Origin: Escherichia coli
GTDB lineage: Bacteria > Pseudomonadota > Gammaproteobacteria > Enterobacterales > Enterobacteriaceae
Assembly (NCBI RefSeq): GCF_030013595.1
Contig: NZ_CP122768.1
DNA: 64,000 nucleotides
Reading direction: 5' to 3' (one strand)
The notes beneath the pieces were generated by a model. It was not told the DNA's origin. It saw only the letters and a list, made by a program, of their open reading frames with translations, and ran no database searches. Every line of letters starts with the position of its first letter. Positions within the stretch are counted from its first letter, which is position 1. A program made the position numbers and the translations under genes. Shown in pieces: positions 32,327 through 44,668 of this stretch.

Positions 32327-35300
32327 TTATTTTTTAGCAACATAACGCAACAGGCTGCACTGAAAGATGGTCTTAAACCAGCGGGAATCGAAGTCCCTGA
32401 CTTGCCTCAGGAAAAATACGGCACCGGGTTTACGGTCAAATACAGCTTCAAAAGAAGTATTTCCGCTTGCCACAGCTGCAGCGAAGACGGGTAACCAGGC
32501 CACGGAATAGCGGTGATTTGCGTCAGGATTAATACCAATCACTGGATTTTTTTGTGACATCATCCATTTATACAGACGCTTGCAGCCATATTCAGGCCAG
32601 CGAGCTTCACTGTGCTCACGTAAAAGCTCCTGATACCACCCGTGGACACAAGATTCAGGAATAGACGGAGGGAGATATCCGTTACTTAACCATTTCTCAA
32701 TTTCATCGGCATATGTCGGGAACACGAGCCCCAGCCGTTGAAACATATTAGTAACCAGTAATTTCTGGGTTTCCTCCGGTGCACCTTTTTGGCTCAGGAA
32801 CAATTTGAAACGCTCAGATGCAGCTTTGATCTCAAAGATGGGGAAAAACTCCCATAGAATAGGGAACTCATTCTCAATACGACTCAGGTACTCTGCTGAC
32901 ATTTCAAATTTGAAGAGCGACATCGCCAATGCCTGCGGATGCTGCACTAGTGCACGCCATACTTCAAAGGTTGCCAGCGGTAAATAACCAAATTGATCGT
33001 ACAGGCTACGCATAAATTGCCAGCCGGAATGGGCAGGATCGTTAGCCATCTGTCCGAGAACCAGTGTGATGGTATTAACTTCTGCCTGTGGATTAAAAAG
33101 CTGGGTCGCTTTCTGCAATGAGCGGATGTTGCTTTCTTCTACCGGTAACGAAGATTCGCCACGAATGAAGCAGGGGCGAAAAGCCATCTCCTCACCCGGT
33201 TTAGGAACAACCAACCATGGCCCATTTTTGTTAACGATTGAGCTCAACTCATATTCACCGACAGGCACTCCCTCGCTCATTCTTGATGCTAAGGGGATGG
33301 ATTTCCTCTCGGGTTCACTTAACAGCATGATAACGGGGGAAGGAATCTGCCCAGCACGATGGTTCACTGACTGGCTGAGTAATAGTTCTTTTTCATAATC
33401 ATAGCGCAGGCTGTATTTATAGCGACGAATTTGCCAGGCCATGACCACACCTGCCCCCGTAATACGCATCTCAACAACCTGATCAATACCTGCCTCAAGT
33501 GAAATCAGGTTCTCAATATGTTCGCGCAGACTATAGAGATTCAATTCAACAGGACGATCGCTCTACGCCGTATAACACCATTCATGCCATGCCTGTAATC
33601 CACTAACGGAGCGCAAATACAACTGCAATGTATATTTTGTCGGCTCACCATTTCTGGAGAACAGAAACGCTCTGGAACCCAGCAGATCATGCAGCGTAAT
33701 GTTTTTATCCAGAGGACGTCCGTTTACATCAAGAGCGAGACAGCCTTTAGCGGGAAAAGGTAACTCAATGTCGATGGGGTCAGCCGCCAAATTAGGCAGA
33801 ACTTGTAATGTAATAAATGCCGGAGGTACCCCTTCCGCTTTAAGTTGTATCTCTGTTCGCCCCTCAGTACGCTTACGTGTAGCCTCCAATGTTTTATCTT
33901 TAAGTTTTGCTACACAAGGATGCTGTGTGGTGATTAAGATAGTGCCTTCATTTGCGTGCATTCCACCTTTTATCTCAATACTGAAATCAGCAGGCAAGAT
34001 ACCGATTTTGCGACGCAAGAGCGTTTCATTGTTACTATTACGGATAGAAAGATATTGAGCCCCCAGCATCTCTTGTATATGACATTGCTCAATTGAAATT
34101 CCGCTCAGGTAACGCGTTACATCAATGCTTTGAATATCCGGTAGTGTAGAAATGACTTTTGGTACACCAATAAATGTTTCATCTGGATGACAAACCCAGC
34201 TTGCACGCTTTCCATTTAGAGCAAACCTTCCGATGCTGATTTGTTCTCTTCCGGTGCGAATCCGATAAGTTTCATTTGCTGTAACTGTAACGTCCTGACA
34301 TCCCTTCACAGGTAGTGCTTTTAGTCCTAATACGTTTACTGCGCTCGATTGGCCATCAAAACCAGCAACATTGCTATTATCCCGAGGGAGTACAATCAGA
34401 ACATCGCTGCTTCGCACACTGCAAGAAGCCTGTCCCTGTAACAGCCATTGATCTGCATCAACGATGAAGGTTAACGGCACCTCACCAATGGCAATTTCAC
34501 TGTCATCAAGTTTAATGCTCCCAACAATCATCCCTCCAGCACGAGCCACTAATGACAAACCAGCCGATGGATTTTGCCTGACAAATCTCACTTCGCTTTT
34601 ACGTAATCGAACTGTTGCCTGTCTGTTTTCCAGGGAAGCATAGGCTGGCCCAAGGCCAGAGACTTCCTCACCATCTTCACAAATGGCAAGTTCAAAGCGC
34701 GTAGTTGACGGCTCGCTTGTTACAGGAAAGGAAACTTCGTCCGGAAGAGATACTATCACCCTAAGCTCATCTGGATGCTTTTCTGACCAATAGAATTGGC
34801 AACGCGTACTCTTATTTTTTTGTAGTCGAGGCTTAGCCTCTACAGAGGCTGCGCATAGCAGTCCATTCAAAAAATGCGTTCCTGTTTCATCATCTAACGG
34901 TATTGGAAACTCGCTTCGCCAGGTAGGGTGAACCTTCTCAAGCTGTTGTACTGGTTCTTTGTGATTTATTAGGTTGTGAGTAAGTACTAAGGAATTGAGG
35001 TTATCAGCCATATGACTGATAAGTTCTACAGAGGTATCTTCGCTAAAAACAGTTGGCAGCGCTGATTTTTCTATGACAGCTCTTGCCAGCGAAAGGGCAG
35101 AAAAACCTGACTGCTTTGCTTGCTCATATTGTCCAAGGATCCTGGAGAAAACAGCCAGAAAGCGACTGTCTGATTCTTTGAGTAGCCGGAAAGGTAAACC
35201 ACCTTCACTGAATAATGTTCCGAGAAAATTGCGTCGTTCAGATTCATAAAATCGAATTGGGCGCAGCCAGTAATCTTCCATCCCTTTCGGTACGATAGTA

Positions 35301-35617
35301 CCAAGCTCTGTGGCGGTGAATGAAATCCCTATTTTTTTATATATAGGGTCCCACGTCCATCCGCATTGCCGTTCATAATCCCTGCGGTACCACTCAGAGC
35401 AAAAAAGAACAAAACAGGCAGCAAAGTCCCTATTACATATATTAGATTGTGATTGACCGACCGCACGGAGTAGCTGCGTTAATTGGGTATATTCATCATT
35501 GGTTGCATGATATTCATAAAGAGGACGGCCATCCGGTTGTCTCAACCCTCTAAGATTCACAAAGTTACTTAGCCAGGAAGTACATTTTACCCATGAAATG
35601 TATTCTGATTGACCCAA
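32327..35617 (-). pseudogene. ~1096-aa protein of unknown function (DruH-like by position) interrupted by one in-frame TAG at 33563..33565
   Basis: ORFs 33563..35617 (684 aa) and 32327..33544 (405 aa) are in the same frame, separated only by TAG plus six sense codons; no Shine-Dalgarno precedes the downstream TTG; 12-nt gap with RBS to the helicase gene. Confidence 0.75.
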
Positions 35618-36115
35618 AGCAAGCTCCTTAGAGATAAAAGATACAAAAACAAAACCCTACAATACTTCTAATTTGAAAGAAAACTTTTCAAAATATCGTA
35701 TAATTAATCAGGCGGCAACAACTAATTTTTCAGGTCGGTACTATAAATTAATTTTAGATAAAAATGATATCAACTATCTATTAATCACAACTCATTTATC
35801 ACCTGGTTTTATAATTTCAAATGAAAATAAATCTCAAACAATCAAAAAGTATGCAGTAGCTAACATTTAACTTTCCAGGATATAAAACAATTAGAGAAAC
35901 TGCACAATAGCGAATAATGAGAGTTGTAAAGTCAGTCAAAAAACACAAGTAATCAGTGTGCGTTTTTTGACCGTTATCGACATGAGTTTAAAGAGTTTAG
36001 TGAAGAAGATATTCCTGTACACTCCATACCTATTGATGAATTGTCTCGGGAAAATTTTTATAACTTAATTTAAAAACATAAAAACGTTTTATTATATATA
36101 AATCTATAACCCCCA

Positions 36116-36280
36116 TCACTCCACATCCTCCCTGCGTAACCCGATATCCTTCAACCGCTCATCACTCATCTGCTGTAACACCCGCCGGGCCTGCATTTGC
36201 CGCCGCCAACGCCTCACTGCCTGCCAGAGTTGCACAAGTCCAATAAACGGTGCTTTAGCTTTGTTTTCGTGAAATTCCAT
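36116..36280 (-). CDS. yjiS: DUF1127 small protein
   Basis: 54-aa ORF below the track cutoff (MEFHENKAKAPFIGLVQLWQAVRRWRRQMQARRVLQQMSDERLKDIGLRREDVE), GAGGAGG Shine-Dalgarno, divergent from yjiR. Confidence 0.7.
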   Translation of the reverse strand: MEFHENKAKAPFIGLVQLWQAVRRWRRQMQARRVLQQMSDERLKDIGLRREDVE

Positions 36281-36456
36281 CTGCTGCCTCCTCATCTTTC
36301 AGAGGCTTCATCATCCGCCTTCTGGCAGTTCACAATACAGATGCAAATATTAGTTTTATTTAACATACAGACAGGTTAAAACAGCATCTGCATCCGGTTT
36401 TTTAGCCTCATCTGTACCGGTTTTTCTCTCTGTATGGTCCAAATAAGGAATACAGC

Positions 36457-37869
36457 ATGACGCGTTATCAACATCTGGCAACTCTGCTTGCCGAGCGGAT
36501 TGAGCAAGGGCTGTATCGTCACGGGGAGAAATTGCCGTCGGTGCGCAGCTTAAGTCAGGAGCACGGCGTCAGCATCAGCACCGTGCAGCAGGCGTATCAG
36601 ACGCTGGAGACGATGAAGCTCATCACTCCGCAGCCGCGTTCGGGGTATTTTGTCGCACAACGTAAAGCCCAGCCGCCAGTGCCGCCGATGACGCGTCCGG
36701 TGCAGCGCCCGGTGGAAATTACCCAGTGGGATCAGGTGCTGGATATGCTGGAGGCGCATAGCGACAGTTCCATTGTTCCGTTAAGCAAAAGCACGCCGGA
36801 TGTCGAAACGCCCAGCCTGAAACCGCTCTGGCGGGAGCTAAGCCGGGTAGTGCAGCATAATCTGCAAACCGTTCTCGGTTATGACTTGTTAGCCGGTCAG
36901 CGGGTATTGCGCGAGCAGATTGCCCGCCTGATGCTCGACAGCGGCTCGGTAGTCACCGCCGATGACATCATCATTACCAGCGGCTGCCATAACTCGATGT
37001 CGCTGGCGTTAATGGCGGTGTGTAAACCGGGCGATATTGTCGCGGTCGAATCACCCTGTTATTACGGTTCGATGCAGATGCTGCGCGGCATGGGCGTGAA
37101 AGTGATTGAAATCCCAACCGATCCAGAAACTGGCATCAGCGTTGAAGCGCTGGAACTGGCGCTGGAACAGTGGCCGATTAAAGGCATCATTCTGGTGCCA
37201 AACTGTAATAATCCGCTGGGATTTATTATGCCGGACGCGCGCAAACGGGCCGTTCTCTCTCTCGCTCAGCGTCATGATATTGTGATTTTTGAAGATGATG
37301 TCTATGGCGAACTGGCAACGGAGTATCCGCGCCCGCGGACCATTCATTCCTGGGATATCGACGGGCGAGTGCTGTTGTGCAGCTCGTTCAGTAAAAGTAT
37401 TGCACCTGGCCTGCGTGTGGGCTGGGTCGCGCCGGGACGTTATCACGATAAACTGATGCATATGAAATACGCCATCAGCAGCTTTAATGTACCGTCCACG
37501 CAAATGGCGGCGGCAACGTTTGTGCTGGAAGGTCACTATCATCGCCATATCCGGCGGATGCGGCAGACTTATCAGCGCAATTTGGCGCTTTATACCTGCT
37601 GGATACGGGAATATTTTCCCTGCGAAATCTGTATTACGCGCCCGAAAGGCGGATTTTTACTGTGGATAGAATTGCCTGAACAGGTCGATATGGTCTGCGT
37701 CGCGCGGCAGCTGTGCCGCATGAAAATCCAGGTGGCGGCAGGCTCGATTTTCTCAGCTTCCGGCAAATACCGTAATTGTCTGCGCATCAACTGCGCTTTG
37801 CCGCTCAGCGAAACCTATCGCGAAGCACTGAAGCAAATTGGCGAGGCAGTGTATCGGGCAATGGAATGA
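36457..37869 (+). CDS. yjiR: MocR-family regulator (GntR wHTH fused to aminotransferase-like domain)
   Basis: 470-aa ORF with N-terminal HTH and PLP-fold C-terminal domain. Confidence 0.85.
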   Translation: MTRYQHLATLLAERIEQGLYRHGEKLPSVRSLSQEHGVSISTVQQAYQTLETMKLITPQPRSGYFVAQRKAQPPVPPMTRPVQRPVEITQWDQVLDMLEAHSDSSIVPLSKSTPDVETPSLKPLWRELSRVVQHNLQTVLGYDLLAGQRVLREQIARLMLDSGSVVTADDIIITSGCHNSMSLALMAVCKPGDIVAVESPCYYGSMQMLRGMGVKVIEIPTDPETGISVEALELALEQWPIKGIILVPNCNNPLGFIMPDARKRAVLSLAQRHDIVIFEDDVYGELATEYPRPRTIHSWDIDGRVLLCSSFSKSIAPGLRVGWVAPGRYHDKLMHMKYAISSFNVPSTQMAAATFVLEGHYHRHIRRMRQTYQRNLALYTCWIREYFPCEICITRPKGGFLLWIELPEQVDMVCVARQLCRMKIQVAAGSIFSASGKYRNCLRINCALPLSETYREALKQIGEAVYRAME

Positions 37870-37929
37870 ATTCGAAATAGTGGCGAAGCGCCTGATTTAC
37901 TCTCACGAATCGCCTGTAACTCGTTTTAT

Positions 37930-38010
37930 CTTTATAGCGACATCGCCACGTTCTGGCATGGCTCAGGCAAAGTGTGCTTCGTTCATGCCGGATGCGGCGT
38001 CAACGCCTTA
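37930..38010. repeat. REP-like palindromic units downstream of yjiR
   Basis: catgccggatgcggcgtcaacgccttaccaggtctac. Confidence 0.4.
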
Positions 38011-38111
38011 CCAGGTCTACAAAATCTTTAAAGTTCAATATATTGAATGGGTTATGTAGACTTGATAAGCGTAGCGCACCAGGCAGCTTTGCGTTTGTCA
38101 TAAGTCTCTGA

Positions 38112-39032
38112 TTAGTACTCGAGCCATGAATCGTGCTCACGGTCAGGCAGGGGCTGCACTAATGCCTGTATTTGCTCTGCCGAAAGTCCGGTAATCTTTT
38201 GTATCCATTCAGGATCTACCCCATTCTGCAAAAACAATCGAAGAATGCGCTGTTCCCCTTTTATACATCCATCATTATGAATTCGCTCTGCAATTGTCAT
38301 TATTCGCTCCCTGTGGTGTGGCATTCGCCTGGTAAGTTCGCTGATAAACTTCTTAAAACGCGCTTCATCGCCAGTCAGTAAAATGTAATTTAACAGCGCG
38401 GTTATCTGGCTGTCATTAGCGCACCCTGTAACCAATAATACTGCCAGTTGATCAATAAGCCCCATTAGATCGCGCTGGCGAATATGCTTTTGGATCAACT
38501 CCAACAGGGCGACTCTGCGGTGCTGCACAATCTCGTCGTCTGGCACGACAGTGACATCCACCAGCGGGAACGCTGCAGTATAAAGCTTCCGTGCAGTAGT
38601 CGGGTCGGCAAATTCGTCCAGCCAGCACAAAGACCAGGGATAAGGACTACGGCTACCGTGATAAAACAGCATCGGGATGACCAGCGGTAGCGGCCGGCGT
38701 TTATCATGCTCGATATGGCGCTGCATCACCGCCATGGAATATCGCATCAGGCGAAAGGCCATATGGATATCCTCGCGGCTCTGATGTTCAATCACTACGT
38801 AAATATAACCATCACCTTCACGGGTCTTTACCGACCACAGAATATCGGAGTGTAGCGCCCGCAATTTTTCATCGACGAAGCTGGCGGATTCCAGTTTTAA
38901 GCTGTCGAGATCGCACAGTTCACGTAAATCTTTGGGTAAGTGGATCTCCATAAAATCCCGCGCGGTGTCAGGGTGCGTGAGAAAGGACTTAAATAATGCG
39001 TCATGCGGCGTGCTGGTCGTGAAGTTTGTCAT
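38112..39032 (-). CDS. rpnD: Rpn-family recombination-promoting nuclease (PD-(D/E)xK, transposase_31-like), apparently intact
   Basis: 306-aa uninterrupted ORF ([17 protein letters not shown]...); the K-12 counterpart yjiP/yjiQ is split, from memory. Confidence 0.7.
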   Translation of the reverse strand: MTNFTTSTPHDALFKSFLTHPDTARDFMEIHLPKDLRELCDLDSLKLESASFVDEKLRALHSDILWSVKTREGDGYIYVVIEHQSREDIHMAFRLMRYSMAVMQRHIEHDKRRPLPLVIPMLFYHGSRSPYPWSLCWLDEFADPTTARKLYTAAFPLVDVTVVPDDEIVQHRRVALLELIQKHIRQRDLMGLIDQLAVLLVTGCANDSQITALLNYILLTGDEARFKKFISELTRRMPHHRERIMTIAERIHNDGCIKGEQRILRLFLQNGVDPEWIQKITGLSAEQIQALVQPLPDREHDSWLEY

Positions 39033-39498
39033 GGCGATCCGTCACCTGTTGATAAGATGGCCCGACTTTAGCGACTAACAAAACCATTCTCACCCGGCAA
39101 TTTCTCGTTCCCCGAGGCACTTTCCAGGCTATTTTTATTCTTCTGCAAACGATACATTTTTCCGGAAACAGGCTCGCATTTTACATTTCCTGTACCCGGC
39201 AGATATTTCCCTTTCCACCGCACTCTTTTGATTAACCGCAAATTTTAATTACACTTAAGGTGTATATTTTCTATGCAACCCATCAATTCAAGAGGTGTAA
39301 TGTGCTGATGACTATTTGTAATCGTTATACATTCTGACCTGGAGTCAGAAGGTATTTCTCTGTCTGTGTGTTCACAGGCAGTGTGGTTGATTACATGAAA
39401 TTCAGTACATTTGTCCTTCTCGCCTGCCTTTAGTCATTACCGACGGTATTGAATTTCGTTTTCTCCATTGGGGTTCTCCGGACAAGGAGTTGTTTGTT

Positions 39499-40731
39499 AT
39501 GCCACGTTTTTTTGCTCGCCATGCCGCCACGCTGTTTTTCCCGATGGCGTTGATTTTGTATGACTTTGCCGCGTACCTGTCGACGGATCGGATCCAGCCA
39601 GGGATCATTAATGTGGTCCGTGATTTTAATGCCGATGTCAGTCTGGCCCCTGCTGCCGTCAGTCTCTATCTTGCTGGCGGTATGGCGTTACAGTGGCTGC
39701 TGGGGCCGCTTTCCGACAGAATTGGCCGCAGGCCGGTGCTGATTACCGGGGCGTTAATTTTTACCCTTGCCTGCGCCGCGACAATGTTCACCACGTCAAT
39801 GACACAATTTCTTATCGCGCGTGCAATTCAGGGCACCAGTATCTGTTTTATTGCCACCGTTGGTTATGTCACGGTGCAGGAGGCGTTCGGACAGACAAAA
39901 GGGATCAAGTTGATGGCGATTATCACCTCCATCGTACTGATTGCGCCGATTATCGGCCCGCTTTCCGGCGCAGCTCTGATGCACTTTGTGCACTGGAAAG
40001 TCCTTTTTGCCATCATTGCGGTTATGGGTTTTATCTCATTTGTTGGCTTACTGCTGGCGATGCCAGAGACGGTGAAGCACGGCGCGGTTCCATTTAGCGC
40101 CAAAAGCGTCTTGCGCGATTTTCGTAATGTCTTTTGCAATCGGCTGTTCCTCTTTGGCGCAGCAACCATCTCTTTAAGCTATATCCCAATGATGAGCTGG
40201 GTGGCTGTCTCGCCGGTGATCCTGATTGACGCAGGCGGCTTAACGACCTCGCAGTTCGCCTGGACACAGGTTCCGGTGTTCGGCGCGGTGATTGTCGCGA
40301 ATGCCATCGTGGCGCGTTTCGTTAAAGATCCGACCGAACCGCGGTTTATGTGGCGTGCCGTACCCCTTCAACTGGTCGGCCTCGCGCTGTTGATTATCGG
40401 CAATCTGCTGTCGCCGCACGTCTGGCTGTGGTCGGTGCTGGGCACCAGTCTGTATGCTTTCGGGATTGGTTTGATTTTCCCGACCTTATTCCGCTTTACG
40501 CTGTTTTCCAATAACTTACCGAAAGGGACCGTCTCCGCATCGCTGAATATGGTGATCCTGATGGTGATGTCTGTCTCGGTCGAAATCGGCCGCTGGCTGT
40601 GGTTTAACGGCGGTCGCTTGCAGTTTCATCTGTTAGCCGTTGTGGCAGGCGTTATCGTCGTTTTCACCCTGGCCGGATTGCTTAATCGCGTGCGCCAACA
40701 TCAGGCTGCCGAGCTGGCGGAGGAGCGGTGA
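39499..40731 (+). CDS. mdtM: MFS multidrug efflux transporter
   Basis: 410 aa from MPRFF at 39499; 12-TM MFS profile. Confidence 0.85.
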   Translation: MPRFFARHAATLFFPMALILYDFAAYLSTDRIQPGIINVVRDFNADVSLAPAAVSLYLAGGMALQWLLGPLSDRIGRRPVLITGALIFTLACAATMFTTSMTQFLIARAIQGTSICFIATVGYVTVQEAFGQTKGIKLMAIITSIVLIAPIIGPLSGAALMHFVHWKVLFAIIAVMGFISFVGLLLAMPETVKHGAVPFSAKSVLRDFRNVFCNRLFLFGAATISLSYIPMMSWVAVSPVILIDAGGLTTSQFAWTQVPVFGAVIVANAIVARFVKDPTEPRFMWRAVPLQLVGLALLIIGNLLSPHVWLWSVLGTSLYAFGIGLIFPTLFRFTLFSNNLPKGTVSASLNMVILMVMSVSVEIGRWLWFNGGRLQFHLLAVVAGVIVVFTLAGLLNRVRQHQAAELAEER

Positions 40732-40771
40732 TTTTTGCGCGATCCTGCCGCCAGGCTCTATTCTTAACGTT

Positions 40772-42052
40772 ATGAATAAACTCATTGAACTCAGACGCGC
40801 CAAAATGTTGGCGCTCTCTTTACTGCTTATCGCCGCTGCTACCTTTGTCGTTACGCTGTTTTTGCCGCCCAATTTTTGGGTGAGCGGCGTGAAGGCGATT
40901 GCTGAAGCGGCGATGGTCGGCGCGCTGGCGGACTGGTTTGCGGTGGTGGCGCTGTTTCGCCGCGTGCCGATTCCGATCATTTCTCGTCATACGGCGATTA
41001 TCCCGCGTAATAAAGACCGGATTGGCGAAAATCTCGGTCAGTTCGTGCAGGAAAAATTTCTCGATACCCAATCGCTGGTGGCATTGATTCGACGTCACGA
41101 ACCGGCGTTGTTGATTGGCAACTGGTTTAGTCAGCCAGAAAACGCCCGCCGCGTTGGTCAGCATCTGTTGCAGATCATGAGCGGTTTTCTTGAACTGACC
41201 GATGATGCGCGTATTCAGCGCCTGCTTAAGCGCGCGGTCCACCGGGCGATTGATAAGGTTGATCTTTCTGGCACCAGTGCGTTGATGCTGGAGAGTATGA
41301 CCAAAAACGATCGTCATCTGGTGCTGCTGGATACGCTGATCGCACAGTTGATCGCCCTTCTCCAGCGCGATAAATCGCGCAAGTTTATCGCCCAGCAAAT
41401 TGTTCGCTGGCTGGAGAGCGAGCATCCACTGAAAGCCAAAATTTTGCCCACTGAATGGCTGGGCGAACATAGCGCGGAGTTGGTTTCTGACGCGGTGAAT
41501 TCTTTGCTTGATGATATCAGCAGCGATCGTGCGCATCAGATCCGCCATGCGTTTGATCGCGCCACCTTTGCCCTGATCGACAAGTTGAAAAACGATCCTG
41601 AAATGGCAGCGCGAGCCGATGCCGTAAAAAGCTATCTGAAAGAAGACGAAGCTTTTAACCGCTATCTCAGTGAATTGTGGGGAGATTTACGGGAATGGCT
41701 GAAAGCGGATATCAACAGTGAAGATTCTCGAGTGAAAGAACGTATCGCGCGGGCGGGTCAATGGTTTGGCGAAACGTTAATTGCCGATGATGCCTTGCGG
41801 GCGTCGTTAAATGGTCATCTGGAACAAGCCGCGCACCGCGTCGCGCCTGAGTTTTCCGCATTCCTGACGCGACATATCAGCGATACGGTAAAAAGCTGGG
41901 ATGCGCAGGATATGTCGCGGCAAATCGAGTTAAATATCGGCAAAGATCTGCAGTTTATCCGTGTCAACGGTACGCTGGTTGGCGGTTGTATTGGGCTAAT
42001 TTTGTATTTGCTTTCGCAGCTCCCGGCCTTGTTCCCCCTCGGCAATTTTTAG
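40772..42052 (+). CDS. yjiN: DUF445 inner-membrane protein
   Basis: 426 aa from [11 protein letters not shown] at 40772 (track ORF begins earlier, overlapping mdtM). Confidence 0.8.
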   Translation: MNKLIELRRAKMLALSLLLIAAATFVVTLFLPPNFWVSGVKAIAEAAMVGALADWFAVVALFRRVPIPIISRHTAIIPRNKDRIGENLGQFVQEKFLDTQSLVALIRRHEPALLIGNWFSQPENARRVGQHLLQIMSGFLELTDDARIQRLLKRAVHRAIDKVDLSGTSALMLESMTKNDRHLVLLDTLIAQLIALLQRDKSRKFIAQQIVRWLESEHPLKAKILPTEWLGEHSAELVSDAVNSLLDDISSDRAHQIRHAFDRATFALIDKLKNDPEMAARADAVKSYLKEDEAFNRYLSELWGDLREWLKADINSEDSRVKERIARAGQWFGETLIADDALRASLNGHLEQAAHRVAPEFSAFLTRHISDTVKSWDAQDMSRQIELNIGKDLQFIRVNGTLVGGCIGLILYLLSQLPALFPLGNF

Positions 42053-42167
42053 AAATCCATGAAAAACTAAGTGGCTAACCGCGAGAGAGATCAAATAAAC
42101 CACACTAAAAGAATGGTAATAATGTGGCCTCTTTTCATTATCTCCCGTGGTACGGGGAAGGAAAATC

Positions 42168-43319
42168 ATGTCACTTGTCACCGATCTACCCGCCATTTTC
42201 GATCAGTTCTCTGAAGCTCGCCAGAAAGGCTTTCTCACCGTCATGGATCTCAAGGAGCGCGGCATTCCGCTGGTTGGCACCTACTGCACCTTTATGCCGC
42301 AAGAGATTCCGATGGCAGCCGGTGCAGTTGTGGTTTCGCTCTGTTCCACCTCTGATGAAACCATTGAAGAAGCCGAGAAAGATCTGCCGCGCAACCTCTG
42401 CCCGCTGATTAAAAGCAGCTACGGCTTCGGCAAAACCGATAAATGCCCCTACTTCTACTTTTCTGATCTGGTGGTCGGTGAAACCACCTGCGACGGCAAA
42501 AAGAAAATGTATGAATACATGGCGGAGTTTAAGCCTGTTCATGTGATGCAGTTACCGAACAGCGTTAAGGACGATGCCTCGCGTGCATTGTGGAAAGCCG
42601 AGATGCTGCGCTTGCAAAAAACGGTAGAAGAACGTTTTGGGCACGAAATTAGCGAAGATGCTCTGCGCGATGCCATTGCGCTGAAAAACCGCGAACGTCG
42701 CGCACTGGCTAATTTTTATCATCTTGGGCAGTTAAATCCTCCGGCGCTTAGCGGCAGCGACATTCTGAAAGTGGTTTACGGCGCAACCTTCCGGTTCGAT
42801 AAAGAGGCGTTGATCAATGAACTGGATGCAATGACCGCCCGCGTTCGTCAGCAGTGGGAAGAAGGCCAGCGACTGGACCCGCGTCCGCGCATTTTAATCA
42901 CCGGCTGCCCGATTGGCGGCGCAGCAGAAAAAGTGGTGCGCGCGATTGAAGAGAATGGCGGCTGGGTTGTCGGTTATGAAAACTGCACCGGGGCGAAAGC
43001 GACCGAGCAATGCGTGGCAGAAACGGGCGATGTCTACGACGCGCTGGCGGATAAATATCTGGCGATTGGCTGCTCCTGTGTTTCGCCGAACGATCAGCGC
43101 CTGCAAATGCTCAGCCAGATGGTTGAAGAATATCAGGTCGATGGCGTAGTTGATGTGATTTTGCAGGCGTGCCATACCTACGCGGTGGAATCGCTGGCGA
43201 TTAAACGTCATGTGCGTCATCAGCACAACATTCCTTATATCGCTATTGAAACAGACTACTCCACCTCAGATATCGGGCAGCTCAGCACCCGTGTCGCGGC
43301 CTTTATTGAGATGCTGTAA
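42168..43319 (+). CDS. yjiM: 2-hydroxyacyl-CoA dehydratase-like protein (HgdB-like)
   Basis: 383 aa from MSLVTDLP; paired with the downstream activator-ATPase-like gene. Confidence 0.8.
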   Translation: MSLVTDLPAIFDQFSEARQKGFLTVMDLKERGIPLVGTYCTFMPQEIPMAAGAVVVSLCSTSDETIEEAEKDLPRNLCPLIKSSYGFGKTDKCPYFYFSDLVVGETTCDGKKKMYEYMAEFKPVHVMQLPNSVKDDASRALWKAEMLRLQKTVEERFGHEISEDALRDAIALKNRERRALANFYHLGQLNPPALSGSDILKVVYGATFRFDKEALINELDAMTARVRQQWEEGQRLDPRPRILITGCPIGGAAEKVVRAIEENGGWVVGYENCTGAKATEQCVAETGDVYDALADKYLAIGCSCVSPNDQRLQMLSQMVEEYQVDGVVDVILQACHTYAVESLAIKRHVRHQHNIPYIAIETDYSTSDIGQLSTRVAAFIEML

Positions 43320-43328
43320 GGAGTGGCA

Positions 43329-44092
<764 letters not shown>

Positions 44093-44096
<4 letters not shown>

Positions 44097-44359
44097 AAGA
44101 GTTTTTATTTTTATTTCACTCCACGGTCGGCGTCATACAAACCCGTAAGGCGTTGCAGGCAGCGGGCATGACTTTTCGCGTCAGCGATATTCCCCGTGAT
44201 TTACGCGGCGGCTGCGGGTTATGCATTTGGCTGACCTGTCTGCCCGGCGAGGAAATACAATGGGTGATCCCTGGGCAGACCGAAGCGATATATTGCCAGC
44301 AGGGCAGCGACTGGCAGTGTGTGGTGCATTACGATTCAGAAGCGTCAACCAGGCAATAG
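44093..44359 (+). CDS. small Cys-containing protein (DUF3343-like), translationally coupled to yjiL
   Basis: 88-aa ORF overlapping the yjiL stop by 4 nt (ATGA); contains a GGCGLC motif. Confidence 0.5.
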
Positions 44360-44668
44360 GACCTTTAAATATAAAGCCCGGATATTTGGCTGCACATAAT
44401 CCTGCATGAAGGAAGTTGTATTAAATATCTCGCCTGATGTGAAATATTTCCCATCCACAAAATGAGCGATTTTTGATAGCACCTTACTATTGCGCGTCTA
44501 AAATACAATATACATTGTATTATACTTAAACCATAATTATACATAAAGAAATAAAATGATTACCGGGTGTGGTTATGATAAAGATAAGTTTCAGCGTGAA
44601 GCTTATCTTTCCCCACCCCCTGATTATTTTAGATTTAGAAGAACATTTCACAATTCAAGGATAAAAAT

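Noticed and set aside
32327-33544. Treating the 405-aa ORF as an independent gene
   Set aside because: It is in the same frame as the upstream 684-aa ORF, separated by a single TAG, with no Shine-Dalgarno before its TTG; more parsimonious as the C-terminal part of one interrupted gene
35673-35870. 65-aa ORF in the AT-rich leader upstream of the defence operon
   Set aside because: Asn/Ile/Lys-rich product typical of chance ORFs in AT-rich DNA; no RBS
40820-41548. 242-aa minus-strand ORF
   Set aside because: Antisense to yjiN; Arg/His-rich low-complexity product
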